16,118 nt of DNA from a virus: the IMG/VR virus record IMGVR_UViG_3300029458_000026. One strand, written 5' to 3'. The position numbers were made by a program, and so were the translations under genes. Below the pieces are notes generated by a model, which saw nothing but the letters and a program-made list of their open reading frames with translations, was not told the DNA's origin and ran no database searches. Numbering within the stretch: the stretch's first letter is position 1; every line of letters begins with the position of its first letter. This document shows, piece after piece, positions 1 through 7,600 of the stretch.

Positions 1-13
1 TAATTAAATATAT

Positions 14-30
14 TATACACCAAGTGTATA
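14..30. promoter_or_regulatory. Short perfect inverted repeat TATACAC-CAA-GTGTATA, candidate operator upstream of the first gene
   Basis: 7-bp arms with 3-nt spacer; lies in the leader of the 93..800 gene and overlaps a TTATAC -10-like element. Confidence 0.45.
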
Positions 31-92
31 AAGATTAAAAAGGATTATAGGTTGCCTTTATTAACCTAAATACATTATACAAGGAGGAAAAA

Positions 93-800
93 TTGAATAA
101 TAAAACTTTTTGGGATGCTGTAAGAGATTTACCAGGAGCATTATTTAAAACTTATTCTGTTATAAATAGGTTAGCTGATAATGAAGTAGGTTATTGTTTC
201 TCGAAAAATGCAACTATAAGTGAGAAAATGGGAGGAAAACATACAACATTGGTAAGTGCTGATATCTCAAAATTAATAGAAAAAGGATACCTTTTTTCAC
301 TAGAAATTAAAAAAGGCTTTATAGTTGTTGAAAGAAGATTATATACTGCTGAAAATTATAAACAATATCTAGAAGATAAAAAGAATATAGAGAATTTAGT
401 TCCTACTGAAATTATAAAGAAAGATGGCATTATTTTCTTTACAAATGAAAGATTAATAGAAAGCCAAACTAGAACTGAAAAAGATATAGTTCCCTCTACT
501 CCTATAAAAGAAAAAAGTATAAATATTGATGGAGCTTACTATCAAAGTGTTAGATTACTAATAGGACATACTAGTTTAAAGTATGAGCAAGTAGGGAAAT
601 TAGGAAAACCAATAGAAAGAATAAAAGCAGTTGTTGAATTTGCTAAGAAATATGGTAAAGGAGATGGTTGGATTTACAATGCTATTAAAGATGATTATTC
701 CCTTGATGATACTTATTTAAAAAATAAAGAAGAAAAGAATATTAAAATTATTGAAGAAAACAAAAAATTTGAAGATAACTTATTTAAAAATATTGTTTAA
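93..800 (+). CDS. Helix-turn-helix replication initiator / replisome organiser-like phage protein
   Basis: TTG start with strong SD (aaggagg). N-terminal winged-HTH-like segment (GYCFSKNATISEKMGGKHTTLVSADISKLIEKGYL) and a location immediately before primase-helicase, typical of phage replication modules. Confidence 0.6.
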   Translation: MNNKTFWDAVRDLPGALFKTYSVINRLADNEVGYCFSKNATISEKMGGKHTTLVSADISKLIEKGYLFSLEIKKGFIVVERRLYTAENYKQYLEDKKNIENLVPTEIIKKDGIIFFTNERLIESQTRTEKDIVPSTPIKEKSINIDGAYYQSVRLLIGHTSLKYEQVGKLGKPIERIKAVVEFAKKYGKGDGWIYNAIKDDYSLDDTYLKNKEEKNIKIIEENKKFEDNLFKNIV

Positions 801-827
801 ATATTTTACCTATGGAGGAATTTACTT

Positions 828-2591
828 ATGACAGTTATTGAATTTTTGGACCAAAAAGGTTATCACTATAAAATTAAAGGAAAAGAAGCTATTCTTGATA
901 TTTGTCCTTTCTGTAAGCATCCACATAGTAAGGATAGATTTTCTGTAAATCTTGAAACAGGAGCTTATATATGTAATAGACAAGATAGTTGTGGAGCTAG
1001 AGGAGTATTTAAACTAGATAACATTGAGAAAAAAAGTATTTTAGAAGATGAAAAAAAGATACTTGAATTTACAAAAGATGACTTCACTACTTTAACTTCC
1101 ATTCAAAAAAAATATTTAGAAGGCAGAGGAATATCTTATAAAACTTGTAAATATGCAAGAGTTCTAAGCAAAAATGGTGCTATATGTTTTTTTAATACTA
1201 ATAAAAATGGAAAAATTGTAGGTGTTAAATATAGAACTATTCCTAAAGATGGAGAAAAGAAAAAGATATGGGCTCATCCAGGAAGTGAAATGACACTATT
1301 AAATTGGGATAAAGTGCCTAAAGATACTGATACTTTATACATTGTTGAAGGCGAAATAGATATGCTTTCCTTACTTGAAATAGGTATAAAAAATGTAGTG
1401 TCAGTTCCTAATGGGGCAGGGTCAACAGATTGGATTGAGATTCATTATGAGTGGCTACAAAAGTTTAAAAAACTTATTCTGATGTTAGATAATGACAAAG
1501 CAGGAGAAGAGGGAATAAAGCATATTATAAAGCGTCTGAAAGGGTCAAATAATTCTTTATATAAAGTTGATATGATTTTTTATAAGGATGCAAATGAAAT
1601 TCTATGTGATGAAGATGGTAGAACCAAATTAAAAAACATTCTTAATAATCTTGTCGAAATAGAAGAAAAACAAGTAGAAGACATAACAAATTACAGTGGA
1701 CAAATTAAAGATAAAAGTTTTTCACTTGGAGATAGAGCTTTAAATGCTCTTACAGGTGGAGGACAGTATGGAGCTGTATTTGTTGTAACAGGAAATCCTG
1801 GAAGTGGAAAGTCAATTTTATTAAATAATGTCATGTGCAATCTTATTAATGATGGACACAAAATATTTACAATGCAAGGAGAATTTACACCAGCTAAATT
1901 TAAGCAAAATATGATGAGAATACTATCAAGACCAGAGCAAATAGAAACTTACTATAACAAATTTAAAAATAAAGAATATGGAATAGTAAAATCTGATATT
2001 GAAGAAAAAATTGATAAATGGTTAAGAGGAAAATTATTCATTCACACATCACAGGTTCCTACAAAAACAGAACTTTTAGGAGCTATGGAATATAGCTTTA
2101 AAAAGCATGGTGTAAGAATATTTGTAATTGATAACTTAATGACAATAAATTTAGAGAGTAACAGTTCTGATAAGTATGAAAAGCAAAAGGAATTGTTCCT
2201 AGAATTACAAGATTTTGCTAAGAAAAAGCAAGTTCTAATATTTGTAGTAGCACATCCTAGAAAAAATAGTATTGCAGCATTAGATGAAGCAGATATGGGA
2301 GTAGTATCAGGAACTTCAGATATTATGAATCTAGCAAACTATGGAGTGTTTCTAAAAAGACTTTCTGATAAAGAGATGGAAAAACTTAATGAACAGGGAA
2401 TATATGCTACTGTTGGAGCTAAAAATCTAAAGGATAGAGAGTATGGAGATATAAACTTAAAAGCTTATTGGAGCTATGAACCTAGAACTTCAAGATTTGT
2501 AGATTATAAATATCCAGAAGAGAGTAAGAATAAAAAATATTCTTGGGAGATAACTTTAGAAAAAGTTCCACTTCCTTTTGTAGGTGAATAG
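828..2591 (+). CDS. Bifunctional primase-helicase (T7 gp4-like: Zn ribbon + TOPRIM + RecA/DnaB-type helicase)
   Basis: Zn-binding CPFCKHPHSKDRFSVNLETGAYICNRQDSC; TOPRIM motifs YIVEGEIDMLS and LMLDNDKAG; Walker A GNPGSGKS; helicase motif VFVIDNLM. Confidence 0.92.
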   Translation: MTVIEFLDQKGYHYKIKGKEAILDICPFCKHPHSKDRFSVNLETGAYICNRQDSCGARGVFKLDNIEKKSILEDEKKILEFTKDDFTTLTSIQKKYLEGRGISYKTCKYARVLSKNGAICFFNTNKNGKIVGVKYRTIPKDGEKKKIWAHPGSEMTLLNWDKVPKDTDTLYIVEGEIDMLSLLEIGIKNVVSVPNGAGSTDWIEIHYEWLQKFKKLILMLDNDKAGEEGIKHIIKRLKGSNNSLYKVDMIFYKDANEILCDEDGRTKLKNILNNLVEIEEKQVEDITNYSGQIKDKSFSLGDRALNALTGGGQYGAVFVVTGNPGSGKSILLNNVMCNLINDGHKIFTMQGEFTPAKFKQNMMRILSRPEQIETYYNKFKNKEYGIVKSDIEEKIDKWLRGKLFIHTSQVPTKTELLGAMEYSFKKHGVRIFVIDNLMTINLESNSSDKYEKQKELFLELQDFAKKKQVLIFVVAHPRKNSIAALDEADMGVVSGTSDIMNLANYGVFLKRLSDKEMEKLNEQGIYATVGAKNLKDREYGDINLKAYWSYEPRTSRFVDYKYPEESKNKKYSWEITLEKVPLPFVGE

Positions 2592-2592
2592 C

Positions 2593-2886
2593 ATGGATAA
2601 AAAAGACAAGGAAAGAGTTTTAAATTCATATAGAAAAGGATTAGAACTTGTTAATCTTAATAAGGTGAAGTTATTAAAAGAAGATACAACTTTTAAATAT
2701 AAAAATTATGAATATCATGTTAAAGTTGGAACTTATGTTATTGATGATACAGATGAGAATATAGCTAAATTTTTATATATTAATAAATTAATTGATAAGC
2801 TAGTTCAAGAAAAGGAATTAACTCTTAGAGAGGTGTATTACTGTGCTAATGGAACTGTTAGAGAAAAAGCGAGAAACAATGAATAA
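2593..2886 (+). CDS. Hypothetical phage protein
   Basis: ORF track gives 2584 (GTG); ATG at 2593 preceded by taggtga SD looks like the better start. Confidence 0.55.
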   Translation: MDKKDKERVLNSYRKGLELVNLNKVKLLKEDTTFKYKNYEYHVKVGTYVIDDTDENIAKFLYINKLIDKLVQEKELTLREVYYCANGTVREKARNNE

Positions 2887-3280
2887 CCCAGAAGTTATAT
2901 TACAAGATAGTCTTAATATAAAAAAACTTAAGGAGAAAGAAATGGATACAAGAGAAGATATAAGAGTTACACTAAAAACATTAAAAAGAATTTATAACTT
3001 AGATATTAAAGTAGCTGTAAATAATATAAAAGAGGGAGAAGATGAGATAAAAAATATCATTGAACTACTAGGGAAAACAGAAGCTAATAAATATTTAATT
3101 CAAGAGAATAATCGTCTAAAAACTGAAAATAATAAATTTTCAAATAAAAATAAAGAACTGTTAGAAGAAAATATTATTTTAAAAGAAAATAATAAATCAC
3201 ATACTGAAACTATTAATAGAATGAGTAAAAGTATTGAAAACTTAAGTAATAAAAAATCATTTTTAGGAGGATTTCTTTAA
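2879..3280 (+). CDS. Hypothetical coiled-coil protein
   Basis: ATG at 2879 overlaps the previous gene's end. An alternative ATG at 2942 has a strong SD (aaggag). Asn/Lys/Glu-rich heptad-like region. Confidence 0.55.
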   Translation: MNNPEVILQDSLNIKKLKEKEMDTREDIRVTLKTLKRIYNLDIKVAVNNIKEGEDEIKNIIELLGKTEANKYLIQENNRLKTENNKFSNKNKELLEENIILKENNKSHTETINRMSKSIENLSNKKSFLGGFL

Positions 3281-3474
3281 TGGGAAGAGGAAAAAGTAGT
3301 GCTAAAAAAAGAGCTAAAAAAAATAAAGAAAAAAATTTAGCTAATTTAGAAAAAATAAAAGAAATAGGATTATCTAAACAAGAGGTAAAAGAAAAGGTGA
3401 ATCCTGAAGAAATGAACACTATAAATTGGACTAAAAGATTAAAAAAGAGAGGTCCATTACCAAATTTTATATAA
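3280..3474 (+). CDS. Hypothetical small Lys-rich protein
   Basis: ORF starts at the stop of the preceding gene; co-directional, tightly packed. Confidence 0.5.
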   Translation: MGRGKSSAKKRAKKNKEKNLANLEKIKEIGLSKQEVKEKVNPEEMNTINWTKRLKKRGPLPNFI

Positions 3475-3487
3475 AAGGAGAATAAAG

Positions 3488-3799
3488 ATGGAGTATATTA
3501 AACAATCAACAAGTACAGTAGAAGCAGTAAAGTATGATGGTAACTTAATGTTACTAATGCAATTTGTAAAAAAAATGGTAGAAGATGAAAAAAGTATTAC
3601 TTATGATGAAAAAGAGTTTTCTATTGAAGATTCAGTAACTAAAGAAGATATTAAGTTTAAAGTAGTATCTCTTAGATGTTTTCATAAAAAATGGCAAGTA
3701 TTAGTAATTCCGTATAGCCATTACTTAGTGTTCTCACAAAATAAATTTAAAGTAATTGACCCTGAAAAATTTGAAAGTGAATGGGAGAAAGTAGAATAG
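3488..3799 (+). CDS. Hypothetical phage protein
   Basis: SD aaaggaga upstream of ATG; VEAVKYDG...WQVLVIPYSHYLVFSQNKFKVIDPEKFESEWEKV resembles a common small phage protein pattern. Confidence 0.6.
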   Translation: MEYIKQSTSTVEAVKYDGNLMLLMQFVKKMVEDEKSITYDEKEFSIEDSVTKEDIKFKVVSLRCFHKKWQVLVIPYSHYLVFSQNKFKVIDPEKFESEWEKVE

Positions 3800-3800
3800 T

Positions 3801-4097
3801 ATGTACAAAGATTTTTTGGAAAATAGGTCTGTTTTTTCAGATAGACAAGAGAGTGAGTTAGTAAAAGCTAGAAAACAAATTAAAAATATACTAATAACTT
3901 GCTTACTGAAAAATATTAAGTTTTCTAAAAGAGAAGGACAGGTATATACTATGTTCTATTATAAAAATTTAACTCATAAAGAAATTTCCAAAAAACTTAA
4001 TATCAGTTATCAAGCTAGTAGAAACTATCTATTTAAAGCCAATAAAAAATTACATAAAGTTTTAAAGGTTTTAGAGGAGAATAAGAATGAGAGATGA
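3801..4097 (+). CDS. Sigma-70 region 4-like HTH protein
   Basis: FSKREGQVYTMFYYKNLTHKEISKKLNISYQASRNYLFKANKKLHKVL matches the region 4 HTH arrangement. Confidence 0.65.
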   Translation: MYKDFLENRSVFSDRQESELVKARKQIKNILITCLLKNIKFSKREGQVYTMFYYKNLTHKEISKKLNISYQASRNYLFKANKKLHKVLKVLEENKNER

Positions 4098-4284
4098 GTT
4101 AGAAAAACTATATAAAAGGTTACCCAAAGAGAAAACTTTTATATTTCATTCAAAGCAAGAAAGAATAAAATTTAATCCTAAAATGATTCTTTTAAATGAA
4201 TTAGAATCTCTTGGGAAAATAAATATGCAACTATTGGAAAATAGTTTAAAAAATGAATTTAAAATTATTATTAAAAAAAAATAA
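4087..4284 (+). CDS. Hypothetical protein
   Basis: Overlaps the end of the sigma-like gene; co-directional. Confidence 0.45.
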   Translation: MRDELEKLYKRLPKEKTFIFHSKQERIKFNPKMILLNELESLGKINMQLLENSLKNEFKIIIKKK

Positions 4285-4287
4285 AAA

Positions 4288-4364
4288 GGGTATTATCTGC
4301 GAAATAATACCCTGAAATGTGGGGTATGCTACCCTACAACGTCTTAAGGATAGTATACCTCATA
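4288..4364 (+). ncRNA. Structured 5' leader with two strong hairpins
   Basis: GGGTATTAT-CTGCGAA-ATAATACCC (4288-4312) is a perfect 9-bp stem; TGTGGGGTATGCTA (4318-4331) pairs with TAGTATACCTCATA (4351-4364) as 14 continuous pairs including 3 G-U. Confidence 0.55.
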
Positions 4365-4381
4365 AACTTATAAAAAGCAAT

Positions 4382-4402
4382 AAAAAGTTATGCAACTTTT
4401 TT
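4382..4402 (+). terminator. Terminator-like hairpin before the RHH-like gene
   Basis: AAAAAGTT-ATGC-AACTTTTT perfect 8-bp stem followed by T; low GC content so strength is uncertain. Confidence 0.4.
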
Positions 4403-4417
4403 GTAAGTGGAGGAAAT

Positions 4418-4627
4418 ATGCTAGGTAAAAATAGTAAAAAAGTTAAGAAAAATCTTTGTTTAAATAAAGATTTGATAATCGAGTTACAAGTAAAAATGGT
4501 AAAACAAGGTGTTAAAACTTCTTTAAGTAATATGATAGATGCCATTATATTAGATTATGATAAAAAAAATTTATCATTAACTTATTTGAAATATCAAGAA
4601 TTTTTAAGAGAGGAGAAAGAAGAATGA
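4418..4627 (+). CDS. Small ribbon-helix-helix-like DNA-binding protein
   Basis: ATG with SD tggagg. KKVKKNLCLNKDLIIELQVKMVKQGVKTSLSNMIDAIILDY fits beta-strand plus two helices. The longer 4319 ORF start lies inside the leader structure. Confidence 0.6.
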   Translation: MLGKNSKKVKKNLCLNKDLIIELQVKMVKQGVKTSLSNMIDAIILDYDKKNLSLTYLKYQEFLREEKEE

Positions 4628-4989
4628 TATTTATTTTTGGAAATGTTCCGTCATCTAAAAATAGTAAACAGTGGACAGGAAAATGTCTTATGTCATCTAA
4701 AACTGTAAAAAAATATATGGATAAATTTTCTTATCAATTTAATTCTTTAGAAAATAAGAAAAAGTTTAAAGAAATGATAAAAGATAAAGAAAAACCATAT
4801 AAAATTGGATTCTACTTTATTAGAGATAGTCAAAGAAAATTTGACTATATAAATATAGCTCAAATAATACAGGACCTAATAGTTAAGTATGAGTGGATAG
4901 AAGATGATAATTGCACTGAACTTGTCCCTGTATTCTTGGGATATAAAGTAGATAAAGAAAATCCAGGAGTAAAAATAGAAGTACTTTAA
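4624..4989 (+). CDS. RusA-family Holliday junction resolvase-like endonuclease
   Basis: N-terminal FGNVPSSKNSKQ; C-terminal RKFDYINIAQIIQDLIVKYEWIEDDN matches the D..N..K/Q.I.D.L....I.DD pattern of RusA. Confidence 0.75.
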   Translation: MIFIFGNVPSSKNSKQWTGKCLMSSKTVKKYMDKFSYQFNSLENKKKFKEMIKDKEKPYKIGFYFIRDSQRKFDYINIAQIIQDLIVKYEWIEDDNCTELVPVFLGYKVDKENPGVKIEVL

Positions 4990-5030
4990 TAAAAAAATTA
5001 ACATAAAACAAAATAAGGAGAGTAAAAAAA

Positions 5031-5306
5031 ATGAATGTAACAAATTTAAAAATAAGAAAAGTAGAAAGAAAAAACATACTAGTAGGATTTGCAGAAGTAG
5101 AGTTAGATAGCTGTTTAGTAATACATGGTATTAGAATTTTGGAAGGTAAGAATGGATATTTTATAGGAATGCCTAATAAGAAAAATAAAAAAGATAAATA
5201 CTTAGATATTGTACACCCATCTAATACAGAGTTTAGAAATAAATTAACAAAAATAATTATTGATGAATTTAATAAAAAAGGAGCTGAGGCTATAAATGAA
5301 AACTAA
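5031..5306 (+). CDS. spoVG: SpoVG family protein
   Basis: VTNLKIRKV...VHGIRILEGKNGYFIGMPNKKNKKDKYLDIVHPSNTEFRNKL matches the SpoVG signature; SD aaggaga. Confidence 0.88.
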   Translation: MNVTNLKIRKVERKNILVGFAEVELDSCLVIHGIRILEGKNGYFIGMPNKKNKKDKYLDIVHPSNTEFRNKLTKIIIDEFNKKGAEAINEN

Positions 5307-6126
5307 AATTGCTTGTGGAGTATTAGCTCTTACTTGTGTTTTAGCAGGCTTGAGTGGATATACAGTTGAAACGGGAGAGGTTGCTGTCCTCTCTCAATTT
5401 GGGAAAGTTTATGGAACAGCTGAAGAAGGAATGCATTTTGGACTTCCTTTAATTCAAACTTATACAAAACTTATAGTAAGAAATACAAACTATGATTTTA
5501 ATCAGATGAGTGTGTCTACTAAAGATATGCAAAGCATTCTCTTAGATTTAAAAATTCAGCTAACTATTAAAGATGCTGAAAATGTTTATAAAGCTTTTAA
5601 AACTAGATATGAGGAAGACCTTATTAGACCTCGTGTAAATGAAATTGTTCAAGCTAGTATTTCTAAATATACAATAGAAGAATTTATTTCTAAAAGACAA
5701 GAATTAAGTACATTAGTGTTTAAAGAATTACAAGATGAATTTATTAAATATGGATTTGAAGTAACTAATGTTTCTATTGTTAACCATGATTTTAGCCTTG
5801 AATATGAGAAAGCAGTAGAAGCTAAAAAAATAGCTGAACAAAAGGTTGAAACTGCTCAATTTGAACAAGAAAAATTAAAAGTAGAAGCAGAAAAAAGAAT
5901 TGAACTTGAGCAATTAGAGCAAGAAAAAAGAATTGTAGAAGCAGAAAATAAAATTAAATTAGCAACATATGAATATCAAGAAAGAGAATTAAGAGCAAAA
6001 GCTAATAAGATAGAGGCAGAATCTCTTAGTCCTAATCTACTTAAAAAAATAGAAATTGAAAAATGGGATGGAAAACTTCCTCAGGTTGTAGGAAATGGAA
6101 CTCTTCCAGTTATAAATATGAAATAG
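5296..6126 (+). CDS. SPFH/Band-7 (prohibitin/HflC-like) membrane protein, phage-encoded
   Basis: N-terminal hydrophobic segment; TVETGEVAVLSQFGKVYGTAEEGMHFGLPLIQT; QEL...EFIKYGFEVTNVSIVNHDFSLEYEKAVEAKKIAEQKVETAQFEQEKLKVEAE coiled coil. Confidence 0.88.
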   Translation: MKTKIACGVLALTCVLAGLSGYTVETGEVAVLSQFGKVYGTAEEGMHFGLPLIQTYTKLIVRNTNYDFNQMSVSTKDMQSILLDLKIQLTIKDAENVYKAFKTRYEEDLIRPRVNEIVQASISKYTIEEFISKRQELSTLVFKELQDEFIKYGFEVTNVSIVNHDFSLEYEKAVEAKKIAEQKVETAQFEQEKLKVEAEKRIELEQLEQEKRIVEAENKIKLATYEYQERELRAKANKIEAESLSPNLLKKIEIEKWDGKLPQVVGNGTLPVINMK

Positions 6127-6135
6127 GGTGATTTA

Positions 6136-6597
6136 ATGGAAAATATAAAAATTATAGAAGTAAAAAGGGTTAAAGTAGTAAAGTTATCAGATGAGGTTAT
6201 TCTTCCAAAATATGAAACATTTGGAGCGGCAGGAATGGATGTTAGAGCTAATATAAAAGAACCTATAACATTAAATTCACTAGATAGAGTTCTAATCCCT
6301 TTAGGATTAAAATTAGAGATTCCAGATGGATATGAGATACAAGTTAGACCTAGAAGTGGTCTAGCACTAAAGCATGGAATAGGAATGGTTAACTCTATAG
6401 GTACTATTGATAGTGATTATAGAGGAGAAATAGGAGCTATCCTTGTTAATTTAAGTAGAGAACCTTATACTATTAAGCCACAGGAAAGAATAGGACAACT
6501 TATTTTAAATAAAGTGGAACATATTAGCTGGGAAGTTGTAGAAAAATTAAATAAAACTGAAAGAGGAACAGGTGGTTTTGGCCACACTGGGAAGTAA
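6136..6597 (+). CDS. dut: dUTP diphosphatase (trimeric dUTPase)
   Basis: Conserved motifs GAAGMDVRA, RPRSGLALKHGI, GTIDSDYRGEIGAILVN, GQLIL and C-terminal RGTGGFGHTGK. Confidence 0.95.
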   Translation: MENIKIIEVKRVKVVKLSDEVILPKYETFGAAGMDVRANIKEPITLNSLDRVLIPLGLKLEIPDGYEIQVRPRSGLALKHGIGMVNSIGTIDSDYRGEIGAILVNLSREPYTIKPQERIGQLILNKVEHISWEVVEKLNKTERGTGGFGHTGK

Positions 6598-6606
6598 GGA
6601 GTTAGT

Positions 6607-6864
6607 ATGAAACTTAGATGTATAATTCCCTTTGAATTTGAAGCTATTGAGTTTGCTGAAGAGAATATTTCAGAGATACGTAATATGTTTCCAGATAGAA
6701 AAATACATATTAACTATAAAAAAAGAATACCTGAAATAACAATAGGAACTGGAGCTTTAAAGAAAAGAGTTGAATTAGGTAAATACATAATTAAAGATAA
6801 AAATGGAAAGCTTTATATATTATCAAAAGAGAATTTTGAAAAAGAATTTAAAATTATAAATTAA
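6607..6864 (+). CDS. Hypothetical protein
   Basis: SD aaggagttag before ATG; co-directional. Confidence 0.5.
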   Translation: MKLRCIIPFEFEAIEFAEENISEIRNMFPDRKIHINYKKRIPEITIGTGALKKRVELGKYIIKDKNGKLYILSKENFEKEFKIIN

Positions 6865-6866
6865 AA

Positions 6867-6896
6867 TTAGTAGGAATTAGTAGGAGGCAGTAGGAA
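6867..6896 (+). repeat. 10-nt tandem repeat overlapping the SD of the next gene
   Basis: ATTAGTAGGA ATTAGTAGGA GGCAGTAGGA ATG: three ~10-nt units sharing AGTAGGA. Confidence 0.5.
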
Positions 6897-7345
6897 TGAG
6901 AAAGCAATTTCTAACAATTAAGGCTGTAGAAATAGAGGAAATGAGTAGGAAAGAATATTGTGATAGTAGAGGTTGGGAGTTACCAGCTAATGAAAATGAA
7001 GAAGAGAGAGTATTTAAAGTATTCTATGAAGATGGCTATATTTCTATGTGTCCTAAAGATAGATTTTTAGAGCAAGCATATGAAATAGAAAATAATAAAA
7101 TTCCAGAAAAACTAGTAGAGGATTTTATAGTAGAGAAAAATATTTATACAAAAATTATGTTTGGTAAGAAAACTGCTGTACTAGAGTATAAACTAGCTAA
7201 TGGATTTACTGGCATAGAATCAACTTCTAGTGTAGATGACAAAAACTATTCAGAGGAAATAGGAGCTAAAATTCTATTAGATAGAGTTAAAAATCAGATA
7301 TGGTATGGACTTGGCTTTGCACTAGGAATGGCAAATAAAAAATAA
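6896..7345 (+). CDS. Hypothetical protein
   Basis: Intact 149-aa ORF with upstream purine-rich SD. Confidence 0.6.
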   Translation: MRKQFLTIKAVEIEEMSRKEYCDSRGWELPANENEEERVFKVFYEDGYISMCPKDRFLEQAYEIENNKIPEKLVEDFIVEKNIYTKIMFGKKTAVLEYKLANGFTGIESTSSVDDKNYSEEIGAKILLDRVKNQIWYGLGFALGMANKK

Positions 7346-7426
7346 GAATAAATGCATATAAAAAATCAAAAATAAATCTTTTTTAAAACTTACTTACATA
7401 CACAGGACCGCACATGCGGTACTTAT

Positions 7427-7485
7427 GCAAATAAGCTGTTGGAGCTACTGCTAGTCACAGTATTGGTTCAAATCCAATTATTTGC
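7427..7485 (+). ncRNA. Miniature tRNA-like structure (59 nt)
   Basis: Acceptor GCAAATAA/TTATTTGC (8 bp); D-like GCT-GTTGG-AGC; anticodon-like TACTG-CTAGTCA-CAGTA; T arm TTGG-TTCAAAT-CCAA. No linker or variable-loop nucleotides. Confidence 0.5.
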
Positions 7486-7529
7486 TTTTGTTCATAGGGT
7501 GCGTATAGTGGCTTAATAGCCACTAGTAT

Positions 7530-7600
7530 GGGAATGTAGTTTAATGGCAAAACTTACAAACTAAGGTTATAAAATGTTGGTTCAAGTCCAACCATTCCCA
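7530..7600 (+). tRNA. tRNA-like gene or degenerate tRNA, anticodon not assignable
   Basis: Acceptor GGGAATG/CATTCCC + A; TA; D arm GTTT-AATGGCA-AAAC; T arm GTTGG-TTCAAGT-CCAAC; 4-nt variable loop. Anticodon stem TACAA/TTATA has a C-A mismatch and loop ACTAAGG lacks U33. Confidence 0.55.

Noticed and set aside
3213-3419. Minus-strand ORF MFISSGFTFSF...
   Set aside because: Antisense to well-supported packed + genes; hydrophobic translation is an artefact of A-rich coding strand; no convincing SD.
4360-4545. Minus-strand 61-aa ORF
   Set aside because: Antisense to the RHH-like gene and its leader; composition artefact.
4883-5077. Minus-strand Phe/Leu-rich ORF
   Set aside because: Antisense to the end of the RusA-like gene and start of spoVG; no SD.
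7451-7565. Amber-suppressor tRNA idea (CTA trinucleotide occurs in both tRNA-like anticodon-like loops)
   Set aside because: CTA is not in the 34-36 register in either fold, U33 is missing in the second, and TAG is used as an ordinary stop for several genes (for example 828..2591 and 3488..3799) with no useful readthrough extension.
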